Assembly (NCBI GenBank): GCA_004431415.1
Contig: QPMI01000479.1
Span: 62,001 to 126,000 of the forward strand
Length of the DNA stretch: 64,000 nucleotides
Direction: 5' to 3'
Source of the DNA: Cyanophora paradoxa CCMP329
Taxonomy: Eukaryota; Plantae; Glaucophyta
Positions 1-11,824 of the stretch are shown here, one piece after another; within the stretch, counting starts at the first letter, position 1; each line of letters begins with the position of its first letter. The translations under genes and the position numbers were made by a program. Under the pieces are notes generated by a model that did no database searches, was not told where the DNA came from, and worked only from the letters and a program-made list of their open reading frames with translations.

Positions 1-1408
1 TGTGGCACCCGCCGCAATATGAGGCCGGGTGCGCGCTGCCCCGTCTTCCCGTTCGGGCGTCTTTGAGCGCCCCCCTGCACGCGCAGGTCTGTCGCGGGCG
101 CCGACAGCATCCAGCCGTCGTTCTGGGTGCCGGAGCCGGCCAGGCCCTTCCTCGCGTTCGCCTCCTCGCTGCAGGGGCTCCGCCGCTTCGTCGGGTGCGG
201 ACGCGGCGTCTGCCGCAGTGCGCCGCACGCCGCCTTGGCTGATATCTGCACAGGGATGCGGTTGCCCGCGAAGTGAGGAGCGGGGCAGCCGGCACGAAGG
301 CGCTAGTGCTGTGTAAGTCCTACCACCCTCTCCCCCCCCGCCCTCCAGCTCCGCTGAGCCCACCCCCGCAGGCTTCCCCCCCCCCCCCAGATCTACGGTG
401 ATCTTGAGTACTACGGGCGTGGCAGCGCTAGCTCCACTCTACGCGGTACCCCGCCGTATCGCCAAAATCGTACTCGGTACCCTGCCGTACCCCGCCCCTC
501 CCCGCGCCCCTCTGACGCCCCCCGGGCCGCAGCTGCAGGAGAGCCTGCGTACCCTGGCCCTGGAAGGGGGCAGCCAGCATTGGCAGACCATCACTACAGC
601 TGTGCAGTCCCCCCCCCTTCCCCCTTCCCCCTTCTCTCCCCTTTCCCACCCCCTCCTCCCTCCTCGCCTCCTTCCTTCCCCCCCCCCCCCCCCCCCCCCT
701 TTCGCCTCCTTCTTCCTCCCCCCCCCCCCCAACCCCCTTCGCCTCCTTTTTCCTCCCCCCCCCCATCTCCCAGAAACACCCCAGAAAGTTCCCGCCCCTC
801 CCTCCCCTTCTTGAGCTCTGCCCCCTTCTTGAGCTCCCCTCGCCCCCTCCCCCCCCTCCCCCCCTTCCCCCCCCCCCCCGGTCTCCGGAGCGGCCTGGAG
901 CCCCGTGCCTGGAGCGCCTGTCGGTCCACTTCACGAGCTACACGCCCGCGCGGCTCACTTCCTCCCTCGCCACCCTCGCCGCGGCCCTCCTGTCCGCCCC
1001 CCCCCCCCCCCCCCCTGCTACTCGCCGTCTCCTTCCCGGGCTCTGTACCCCCCCGCGACCGCTTTTGAAGCCACCCAAACCGCCGTACTCCGCGGCCGCT
1101 CTGCGAAGGTGGGTACCGGGTCTCAATCTTCTCCGTACCCTCCGCACCTCTCTGAACGCCGTACCCCAGGACACCCTGGAGGGGTACGACCGGGAGGCGG
1201 ACGCACCTCACTGTTCGGGAGAGCGCGGCGCTGATGGAGGGCATTGCTGACCCTCGCGGCCCTGGCGCCGCTGACGTCGATGGCGGCGCGCCCCGCCCCG
1301 GCCCCCAGCCCCGCCCCGGCCCAGGGAGACCTTGTGCTCGCCCGGCGCCTGCGGGACGACTCGGACGGGGGAGCCATCCGCCCACTTCTTAAGCTTGGCG
1401 GCCGCTAG
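1..1408 (+). pseudogene. Decayed or partial paralog of the F-box/LRR-like gene at 15288-17764 (5' part outside window)
   Basis: 1-300 aligns with the reverse complement of about 16980-17287. 1140-1408 encodes QDTLEGYD...LAALAPLTSMAARPAP...GDLVLARRLRDDSDGGAIRPLL*, matching QDILEEYD...LAALGPLADMAADPAPAPGDLVLARREGDESDWGALRQLL. The middle is poly-C low complexity with indels. Confidence 0.55.
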
Positions 1409-2439
1409 CGCTAGCGCTGGCGCCTCGAGAACCTGGCCCGGGCTTAAAGCTTGACCCGGCTCCGAGGCTCCATGTCGCGATCGAGCTAACGCTCATTCTT
1501 ACGATCACGAACGAGAGCTTTGCCCACGTGCTACAATGGTTTTGGGACGCATGCTGCTCCCTAGAGACTCCTACAAGACTCCGGAATGATGGGCAGGGCT
1601 CGAGATCGAGAGAGGGGCACTGCGGCAGTGCACGTTGGGGGAGCGCGATCGCGATTCGAATTCGCGATCGGCGGCGGCGAATTCGAATAGGCTTCAACGT
1701 CAACGTCGACTAGCCCGACCTAGCCCGACTAGCCAACGTCGGGGCAGATAGAAGAGAGCGATCCGATGGTCATGATTATGGGACCCTGACCGGGTCGCGA
1801 TCGCCAACCGCGCACCGCCCTCGCGGCATAAGAGCCCGAGGAAAGTTGAGCTCGGCACAGTCGGGCTCGTCCACAACGTGTATCAATCCCTCGCCTTTTA
1901 CTAGAGATTGCCGTGTGTGACGAGCCATATCGACACTCAACATTTTTTAGCGGCCGCTCTGCGGTCTACCTTTCTTCTTGACAAATAAATGAAAATCGAT
2001 TGGCCGGTGGACGAGGTTGATTGCGCTTCAAGTTGCATGCTACCGCGTGCAAAGTTGAATTGCAATTTGAGGGAGTTGCGCTTCTGTTGGCATTTGCAGG
2101 AAGCTTGAGATGAGAGCGAAAGCGAACCGCACTGCTCAATTGCAAGCGGGTTCGTGGATCGACCACGTGCACGTGCCTGCAGCCCGTACAATTGGCAATT
2201 GTCAATTGAGGGAGATTTGTATCGATAAGATAGCGTGCCCTTACTCTAGATATATCTGCGCATTCACATGCACCGAGAATGGTGGGACATTCTACGCTGC
2301 CGAATGATACAAACTGTTTTTCTGCATCTATCTATCGCACTGATCATACAGGGAAGCCTTGAAGGGGGTCCGACGGTCATGGGTCGCCTACGTATACGGC
2401 TCACGAGATCGAGCTCGAGGAGGCTATAGCTAGCGCTTC

Positions 2440-5400
2440 CTACTCGGGGACGGTGCGCATGGCGGAGGAGGCGGTGGCTATAAGGGACCGGCCGCCCATC
2501 ATCGCCTGCCCCGCCCCGTTCGCCCCGCCGCCGCCGCCGCCGCCGCCCCCGCCGTCGCCGCCGCCCGACGCGTAGAGCAGCAGGAGGGCGTCGAGCCGGT
2601 CCTCGCTCGGCGCGCCGTCGCCCGGCGGCGGCGGCGGGTCCGTCGGGCCCGCCGAAATCGAGTTCCGCTGCGAGCGAAGCTTAGCTAGCCAGAAGATACT
2701 AATAATAAGCTTAAGACTTGAGGAGGAGGCACCTTCAGGCGGCGGCCCTGGGGCTGGGGCTGGGGCCGCATGGCGCTGAACGATTGCGCCTTGTCGGTCT
2801 TCCGGCGGGGCGAGCGGCTGCTGTCGCCCCGCGGCGGGTTGGGGCTCGTGCTGAGCTTGCGCCGGGGCGGCGCGTCTAAGGACGAGGCGGCGGCGGAGAA
2901 GGCGGAGGGGGCGAGGGCGGAGGGGGCGGCGGGCCCGGAGCCGAGGCCCGAATCCAGCGAGAGGGGTACCCCCGCCTTTCCGTTGGTGGGGGTAGTGGGC
3001 CCGTCGTGGTTGTGCGAGACCACGGCGTTCAGGCGGCTGCAGGCGTCGGGCGCCCGTGTGAGAGCGGCGTGGGAGGGCGGGCGGGCGGGCCCGGATCCCG
3101 CGTGGCGAGAAGGCGCCCTCTAGTAGCCGTCCCTCTAGCACTAGGCCTCGGCCGCGCTCCATCCATCTAATCTGCCCCCTTCTTGCCTCGCTCGCTCGCT
3201 CGCACCTGTTCACATGGGGGAGGCTCGGAAGCGAGGCCGGCGCCGCGGAGCCCGCCGCGGAGGGCGAGCCCACCCCGTTCGCTGCAAGGCCGTCCGAGGT
3301 GGGCTGGGGCTGGGACGGGGGCGGCCGCTGCCTCCTCGACTGCTGCGGGCGGGGGCGGGCAGGAGGGAAGTCGGTGGGTGAGGCGGGGAGGTTGGATTGG
3401 GGGACGGGGGTACGGGAGCGGGAGGGTGCGCGCAAGGGGTGGGGCCAAAGAAGCCTAGAGAGCGGCGGAGGCAGGCGCGGCTAGTAGCGCGCAGGGGACC
3501 GAGAGTGGCTAGCTAGCTCGTTTGGCGGGCGCTCGCTTGGTAGGTAGGATGGCTCTAAAAGCCTCCCTGCCGCTCTAGGCGGCGCGCTCCCCTGGCCCGT
3601 TCCTCGCTTGGCGGGCGGGCGCGGGCGCGGGCGGCGGAGGGGGCGCAGCTAGTACTTGCGAGGTGGACTACGCGTGGCTAGCTAGCTCGCTTGCGGGGGC
3701 GGGCGGGGGCGCACGAGGTGGAGGCGCATCTCGATGACGGCCTTGGCGAGGGACTCGTTGTCCCGCGTCAGCCGCGCCACCTTCCGCTCCAGCTCCGCCA
3801 CGCGCTGCCCGCGCCCTTGTGAGTGAGGAGAGCCAAAGAGAGCTTGGCGGAGGGGGCTAGTGGGCTGTAGGTAAGGAGAGCCGCCGCGCGGGCAGATGGA
3901 AGTCAAGCAGGAGGCGGCGGCGACCAGTCAAGCATGGAGCTAGTCAAGCCGAGCTGGTCGGCCCGGTGCGGAGGAGGGGGCGGGGAAGAGGCGGCGGAAT
4001 GGCGACGGCGACGGAGAGGGCGCGTGTGCTTAAGCGTCCGAGGGCTTCGAAGGAAGGGACCGGAAAGAAAGTCGACGGGAGGGCGCGGGCGGGGCGCACG
4101 CGGGCGGGGGCGGCGGTGGCGGCTAGTCAAGCTTAATCGAGCTAGGCTGGGAGCTAGTGAAGCCAGGCTTTTCGGCTCGGCCCGGCGCGGCCCGGCGCGG
4201 GGGCGGGGGCGGGGGCGGGCAGGGCGGACGCGGTCGGAGGCGGCGGCGAGGGCGGCCGCCTCGTTCCGGAAGCGCTCCTCCAGCTCCCGCAGCCGCGCCT
4301 GCCAAGCAAGCGAAAGGGGCGGACCGGGGCCGGTCAGAGCGAGCGGGCGGGCGGGCCGGGGCACGGCCCGCCTCGGCCTCTCGGCCCTTGGCCCAGCCTC
4401 TCGGCCGAGCGGGGCGGGGCGGGGCGCGCCTGGGCGATGGCGGCAGTGCCGCGGGCGAGCTCCAGGCTCGCCGCCTCCTCCCGCGCCTGCCGCCGCCCGC
4501 CAGGTCAGCCAAAGCATTGAAGACTAGGCTGGTTAAGCTTCTTTAGCCCGGAAGAGGCGCCGGGGAGCCAGCTGGCTAGCCGGCCGGACGGCACCTTCTT
4601 GAGCTCGGCCTCGGTGGCGGCGGCGGCCTCCCTGAGGCGCGCCATCTCCGCCTCGTGCCGCGCCCGCTTCTCCTCGTCCGCCTTCGCCGCCAGCTTGAAG
4701 ATGTTCCGCTGCAAAAGGCGAGGGGCGCGGGGCGTGTGAGAGAGAGGGAGGGGGGCGGAGGAGGGGCCGCGCTCACCCGGAAGCTGCTGTCTGCGCGCGC
4801 GCGCACACACACAGAGACAAGTCAGCTCTGCCGTCGCAGCCCAGCCCAGCCCAGCCCGGCCTTGCCAAGCCCAGCCCTTAGCCAGGCCCAGTCCAGCCCG
4901 TCCCGGCCCGTCCCGGCCCGGCCCGGCCCGGCCCGGCCCGGCCGCCCGGGCGCACCCTTGAGCTTCTTGCGGAGGACGTCGACCTCCTCGTCCAGCGCCT
5001 CCTTCACCGCCTGCGAAGCGGGGGTGAGGCTAGGCTAGGCTTTGGGTGAGGCAGGACCGCAGCAGGCTCGAGCTAGGAGGGAGGGGGGAGCGCTAGGAGG
5101 TCAAAGCGCGCGCCAAGGGCGCCAAGGGCGCCGGCGTGAGGCCCCGGCCGATCCGCAGCAGGAAAGGGTGGGGAGGGGGCCGGGGAAGCGGCATTCGTGG
5201 GGGATTTGTGGGGACGCGGCATTGGGCTTCGGTTTGAAGGGAGGGGGGAAAGGGGGGAACTCGGCGGGGGGTACGTGCGCACGGAGAAGAGCTCGGAGTG
5301 CTTCTCCTGCTCGTAGGCCGTCCCCTCCGCCAGCTTCTCCTGCGCCTGCTCGCCCAGGGTAAGGTAGATTTCATTCTAGAGAGCCTTGTTATAGCTTGGC

Positions 5401-6592
5401 TGGGGCCCGGCCGAGCGGGGCGGGTCGTGGCGGGGCGGGGCGGGGCGGGGTGGGGCGGGGCGGGTCGTGTCGGGTCGTGTCGGGGCGCGGCGGGTTGTGT
5501 CGGGTCGGGGCGGGGAGCGGCGGTCCTAGCTTTGGCTCGGGTCGGATCGGGGCGGGGCGGGGCGGGCCTTCTCGAGCATGAGGTTGAGGTGCTCGGAGAC
5601 GAGCTGGCGGGACTCCGGGTCGTCGATCTCCTCCAGGTGGCTCCCCACCCACGTCTGCCCGAGGGCGGGGGTGAGCGCGAGCGGAGAGGTCGTAGTGAGT
5701 GGGCGAGCGATCGAGGGGCGGGGCCGAAGGCTTCGCAGAGGCGAGCTTAGGGCCGTGGGCTTGGCGAGTGGCCGGGTAAGATCTAGAGGCGCCAGCAGGG
5801 GCGGCTCGCCTGCAGGCCGTTCAGCGTCTCCTCCTCGATCTTGCCAGCGTGCAGCAAGTCGCTCTGCGTCGGTGCGCGCGCGGGCAGGCGTCTCGCCCGT
5901 CAGACGCAGCGGCGCGGAGCGGAGCGGGACGCCAGGCTTGGGCTCTCCAGGCCAGGCTTAGGCGTGGCGGCGCGCACGAAGATGGGCCCCAGGACCTCGT
6001 TCACGTCGATCGTGTCCGTCTTCCAGTCTGCGAGAGAGCGACAGCGACGCGTGAGCGGCAGGCAGGCAGGCAGGCGCGGTGCCGGGCCGGGCATGTTCCA
6101 GCTGGAGTCGGAGGCGGGCGGGCGGGCGGACCTGGGGCCTGCGCGTCCATCATCTGCGCGTCGATTCCCAGCACGTGCACTTCGTTCTTCTCGGCCTGCA
6201 GGCGGGGGCGTCAGGGCGCGGCCCGCGTGCGTCGATCATGCAATCCGCGTGGCCAGCGGAGCGGCCGATCCTCTCATACGTCTAGAGCTTCGCGCCGGCG
6301 CAAGCGAGCTAGCTTGAGCTAGCACATCTACCGAGCTGCGCCCGGGATCGAGCACCTCGTAGACGACGCGGATCTGCTTGCGTGGCTTCGCCGGCGGCGA
6401 GGCGGGAGCAGGAGCGGGGGGAGCCGCTGCCGGTGGCTGCTCAGGCGGCTTTGGCTGAGCTGGAGGTGTTGGCGTCATCGGCGAAAGCACGGGCTTGGGT
6501 GCGCCGAAGCCGGACACGGAAAGACCGATGTTCGCATCAGTGGGGCCTGTCGAGCGGCGCCCTGGAGGCGCAACGGGCCTCATCTGCGACAC
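2440..6592 (-). CDS. Multi-exon hypothetical coiled-coil protein
   Basis: Short exons in one orientation with helical heptads (VKEALDEEVDVLRKKLK; ADEEKRARHEAEMARLREAAAATEAELKK; RVAELERKVARLTRDNESLAKAVIEMR), separated by CTAG-rich introns. Ends approximate. Confidence 0.5.
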
Positions 6593-7004
6593 TTATCACG
6601 GTTCTGCTGTGCGAGAACGATGCCTACGCGGCTCGGCTACGCACCGCGTCGCGGGACTAAAACAGACGCGGTCGCGCCGTTTGAGGTAGGGCAGAGTGAT
6701 GCGCAAGCAGGAGCAACAGGCTACTGCTCTACTGGACGAAGCCCGCTCCCCACGTGCTCCGGCTGCTGAACCTGGCGCCCGACGTACCCCTCAGGCTCAC
6801 ATGCACGAATCGAAGTCACGAAACGCGGCTGCTCCAGCTCGCGCGAGCCCTGAGACGAGCTCCGCGGCTGCACAAAGCTTGTTTGACGCCCGCAGCTGCA
6901 GGCCCGCATACAGCTTCTGAAGAACGAATTTACTACTCGAGCTCGGCGAGTCTCCCCGGGCTTGCTTGAGTTCAGTGCTCGCATGTGATGTCTTTCGATC
7001 GGCA

Positions 7005-10000
7005 TTATAGATCTAGAACTACACAGGCTGCACTTCGAGCTCTGGGTCCTTCCCGGGATCCTAAAACCACGCGGGCAGCCGCTGAGCCTGGCGCCTGGCG
7101 TCGCCCCCTCAAGCGCGGCCCTGGGTCGAGTCCGAGGGTGCTGCTGCGAGCGTCAGCCGCTGCCGGGTACGGGAAGCAAAGGGCGAGCGGCTCGGCGCCG
7201 GCGGCGCACCGTTGAGGATGTTCGAGAGGAAGTCGTCGGTACCCGGGCTGGGCTGCGAGCCCTGCGAGCCAGGCTGCCCCTGCTGCGCGCACGGTCAGCG
7301 AATGAAGGAAGTCTCGAGGGGGGGGGGAAGTACCTGGCCAGGGTACGGCGGCAGCTGGACGGAGGGAGGGGGGTAGCGGTGGGGCATCTGCATCGAGGGC
7401 TGCGGGCGCTGCTGCATGTGCTGCTGCATGTGCATCGGGAGCTGCTGGCTATGAAGCGGCCGCTGCTGGTGCTGCGGGTGCTGCTGCTGGGCGTGGATGT
7501 GGGAGGGCTGGCCGAGGGGCATGGGGCCCGAGCCGCCCGGGTGGAGAAGGGCGGCAGCCGGGTTGAACGCGAAGTGCTGGTGGGGGGCGTGGTGCAAGGG
7601 GGGTACGTGCGGCGTGTGCAAAGGCCCCATCTGCCCCGGGATGGGGTACCCCGGGGGCAGCTGGAAGCCGCCGGTGGGGCCGAAGGGGTACATGGGGGGC
7701 GCCCCGGGTACCGCCCCGTAGACCTGCCCGGGTACCATGGGCGGGCCCCGGGGGAGGTGGTGGCCGGGATACATCCCCGGCGGGGGCACGCCGTGGCCGG
7801 GGTAGCCGCCGGAGGTGCCGGCGCGGTGCTGCCCGGGGGGTAGGGGCCGGTGCTGCTGTGGCTGCCGGGCGTGCGCGTGCTGCCTCGGGTGGCCCGCACG
7901 CCTCCTCTTCCGCCCCTGAGGGCCCTGCGCACCCCGCCTCGCTCGCCCCGGGTACAAAAAAAGCTTCTCTGGAGGGGTGCGGGGGGGGGTACGCGCCTCG
8001 TCGAGCTCGGCGTCGTCGTCGTCCTCGTCCGCATCGTCCACGAGCTCCTCGGGCTGAGTGGGGGGGGGGGGTACGCGGTTAAGGGCGAGGGGGTACGCAA
8101 ACGAATATAAACACACAAACGCGGACCTCCTCGTCGTCGTCGGGCTGCTGGTCCTCCTCGTCCCGCGCCCGCTCCCGGACCGTGGAGATGGCGGCGGCGG
8201 CGGCGCGCCGCATCGGCCTCCCCGTGCTCGTCGTCGTCGGCGGGGGCGACTCCGATGGCGGCGGGCGCTTGGGCGGCGGCGCGGCGTAGGGCGAGCCCGA
8301 GCCGGAGGAGGCCGGGGACTGGTCTCCGTCCCCATCCCCGGCCCCGGGCCCCGCCGCGGCCGCGGCGCTGCTCCGGCGGGGCGACTCGCCGACGTCCTCC
8401 TCCTCGCGCTCGCGGGCCGCGGCCCGGGCTGCGGCTGCGGTCGGGGCGCCTTCGGGATGCCCGCGCCGGCGGCGAGGCGCTGCGCGGCGGCTGCTGCTGG
8501 TGCTGTTGCGCCCGCCCGCTCGAGCTGGTGCTGCTGCCGCGCGCCGTGGCCCCGCCGCGCTCGTAGTCTCGCTCCCGCTCCCGGTCCCGATCCCGCTCGC
8601 GCTCGCGGCCGCGCTCGCGCTGCGGCGGCCCGTGCGACGAGGCGAAGCGCGTGCTGTGGCTGTGCGCCGGCGGCGGTGGCATCGGCTCCTCCCGGCGCCG
8701 CTTGTCCTCCCGCGCGGCCTGAGAAGAGAAGGGCGTTAGTGGGGGGGGGTGGGGGGGTGGGGGAAGCCGCGGGGGGTACGCGTGCCTTGACAACCGCGTC
8801 GTCGATGTCGTCCCCCGTCACGAAGTCGTCCCCCCCGTACTTGGACGCCCGCTGCCGCCGCGAGCGATCGCCGCTGCGCCGGAGCCGGTCGGCGGCGTGC
8901 GGGTGGGGCGCACAAGGTAAGGGCGCGGGGGGTACGCAATCACCGGTCGGGCTCGGAGACCGCGGAGGAGCGGGAGGAGGAGGCGGATGGGCGCGAGGAG
9001 GACGCGGAGGGGCGCGAGGAGGATGCGGAGGCCCGCGGGGGTACGATGTTGTTCTTGATCACGATCCGCTTGATCACGGGCGGCTGCTTGAAGCCCATGG
9101 GCGCCGCCCGCTGCTGCTGCCTGCGGGGGCCGCCCCCGAAACCGGTACCCCCCTCCCCGTCGGCCCCCGAGGACCCGTCCTCGTCCTCCTCCTCCTCGTG
9201 CCCGCCCGCCATCGCCGCGTACGAGCGCCGGGGTACGGCGTTCCGGGAGACCCGCACGAGGTTCCGGCCCTCGGCGCGGTTCTCGGCCTCCTCCTCCGCC
9301 GCTGCGGCGGCGGCCGCCGCCTTCTGGGCCGCCACCCGATCCTCCCGCTCCTTCTGCTTGAGCGCCCGCTCCTTTGCTTTCCTCTCGCGCTCCTTCTCCC
9401 TCTCCTCCTCCTCCGAATCCGAGGGCAGGCCCTTCTCCCGCCTCGCCGCGTGCCGCGCCTCCCGCTCGGCGCGGCGCACCGCCGCCTCCTCCTCCGCCTT
9501 GCGAGCGGCCTCGGCCGCCGCCTCCGCCGCCGCCGCCGCCTCCTCCGCAGCACGCTCCCGCGCCTGTGCCTCCTCCAGCGCCTTCAGCCGCGCCTTCTCG
9601 CGCTGCGAGAAGCGTGAGCGGAGCGTAGCGGAGCGGGGTCGAATCCGATGCGAGCGGGAAGCGTAGGCATAGGGCCGGGCGCGCCTGCTCGTGCCTGGCC
9701 CGGCGGTCCTCCTCTGTCGTCTTCTTACCCGCCAGCGCCGCCGGCTGCTTCGGCGCGTCCTGTCGGGGCGTGCGTCTCGGATCAGAAAGAGAAGAGGAGG
9801 AGGAGGAGAAGAAGAAGAGCAAGGGTGAAGAAGGAAAGAAAGAGAAAGGGCGCACGGAAGATGAGGCCGGCTTCGGCTCGACGACCTTCGCCTGCACGCG
9901 CGTCGAGCGGCGCGGGGGAAGGCCCTGCAGCGCGAACTCGTGCTCCGCCCGCTTCCGCTGCGCCCGCTCGTGCGCCTGCCGTCGTGGGTCGCTCAGATCA

Positions 10001-11726
10001 GATCTCAGAGGAAAGAGAGAGCGGGGCGGGGAAGATCCGGAAGCAGGGATGCAGATCCGCCGGGCATGATAAGGAGGCGGAGACAGGAAGAGAGGAGAGG
10101 AGAAGGGGGCTAGTGACAGGGATCCAGAACCGCTCGCCGTGCTCTCTCTAACTCTAAAGCTCTGCATCTCAGGCACACGGAATCTCGAGCGCAGGCACCT
10201 TGACGACGCTCTGGATGTCCGGGAGGATTCCGTTGATGAGGGAGCCGAGCTTCGCCTCGTCCTTGTTCTTCGAGGCCGCCATCCTCGTCGCGAACTCCTC
10301 CAGCTCGACCACGTTCGTGCAGACCTGGCGCAGGACAAGAAATGAGATGGAGGAAGGGGAGACGAGGAAGGGCGGGGCCGTCTCCGCGGAGGAAGGGGGG
10401 AGGAAGGGGTCCCGCGGACCGTCTCCCACTGCCCGGGGTCCTTGAGCTTCTTCGTGCGCCCGACGTACGTCGGCTTCGTCTCGCGGAAGAGCCAGCAGCG
10501 CATGTCGCAAGTCTCGTCCTCGTCCTCGTCTGGAGGCGAGCCGAGGCGACGTTAGGGGGCGGGCGGCTGGAGCGCCGGCGCCCCGTCCCTTCCCTCTTTC
10601 TCACTCACCGCCGAAGTGGTAGTACACACTCCCGTCCGCATCGTTTCCTATCGGTTCCACGCGCTGAAGAGAAGGAGAACGCGTTAGCTGAAGTCGCGGG
10701 GGCAGGCGTTCACACGGGGGGCCGGGCGCACCAGGGAATCCATCGCCTCCTTCTCGCAGAGGTCGATGTGCGCCCGGACCTTCTCGTTGCGGTCCATGCA
10801 CCACTCTGTGAGCGCGCGGAGCACGGCGAGCTGCGTACGGGAGCGGGCACGCGTCGGCGGCGGCGGCGGCGGCGGCGGGCGCGGGGAGGGGTGGGTCGCG
10901 GCAGGCGGGCGAGGGCGGCGGAGCACGCACCCGCTTGCGGTAGGAGAGATCGAAGATGTGCCGCGAGGCCGTCGGGTTCTCCTCGAAGTACTCGAACCAG
11001 TGGTTGTTCATCCAGCGCCGGAAGAAGAGTTCCCAGTCGTCCCTACGGCACGCCCGGTCGGCGATCGCTCCGGGCGAGCCGGCCGCCGCGTGAATGGCCA
11101 TGGGGAAGCTTGCGCGTGCGCACCCGGTCCTCCCGTTCGGGTTGATGCCGCGCAGTAGCTTGTGGATCAGTTTGGGGGCCAGCGGCGTGGATTTCGGCTC
11201 CAGCACGATCCGCTCGAAGTCCTGCGCAAATGGGGAGACACCGGGCGTCAGCGGGGGACACAAGCGGAGCACACGGCGTTGATCGAGGTCGCCCAGGTCG
11301 GCGGGGGGCGGGTCGGACTCGATGCGCCCGCGCCGGCGAGCCCCGCCGCAGCTAGGAATCGCCGGGTCCAGTCGACAGGATTCCGCGCAACCGCGCGCAC
11401 CTCCACGCGGAACGTGGGCAGGTCGAGCGGCCCATGGAGTAGTCGCAGCAGATAGCAAGCGGAGGCCACATCCGGCATACGCCGCAGCGCATCGAGCTTG
11501 TCTTCCGATGTTTCATCTACGTCGCTTGATGGCTCGACGGGCGGAGGGGGTTCCGGGGCTGCGCGAAGGTCAGGGCCGCGAGACTCGCCGCCGCGGGCTC
11601 ACCATCCCCTTCGTCCTCGGGCTCCTCCTTCTCGGATTCCCGCTTCTCATCATCGCCGCTCTCGCTCTTGCTGCTCGCGACCTCCTCCGCCTCCTCGTCC
11701 TCGCTCGTCGCGCTGCGCTTCGCCAT
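7005..11726 (-). CDS. DDT-WHIM1-WSD domain chromatin protein (ISWI-partner type, DDR4/RSF1/CECR2-like), multi-exon
   Basis: Spliced motifs LRRMPDVASACYLLRLLHGPLDLPTF / DFERIVLEP..PKLIHKLLRG (DDT), LSYRKR|LAVLRALTEW (WHIM1), RVEPIGNDADGSVYYHFG..WETVCTNVVELEEFA (WSD-like), then charged and Pro/His/Gln-rich tail. 3' end uncertain. Confidence 0.75.
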
Positions 11727-11824
11727 TTGGGCTGTGTACCCCAGCGGGCTCGCTGTACCCAAAAGGCGGAAGAAGTTGCGGGCGGCTCGGCTTGCAGAGC
11801 TTGCGGAGTTCGAGGCAGCTCAGC

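Noticed and set aside
330-1020. Pro/Gly-rich ORFs in several frames
   Set aside because: Products of poly-C tracts in GC-rich DNA; no coding signal. The same applies to most long ORFs listed for 1-50000.
1900-2400. Lower-GC intergenic patch as a possible transposon remnant
   Set aside because: No terminal repeats, target duplication or recognisable protein.
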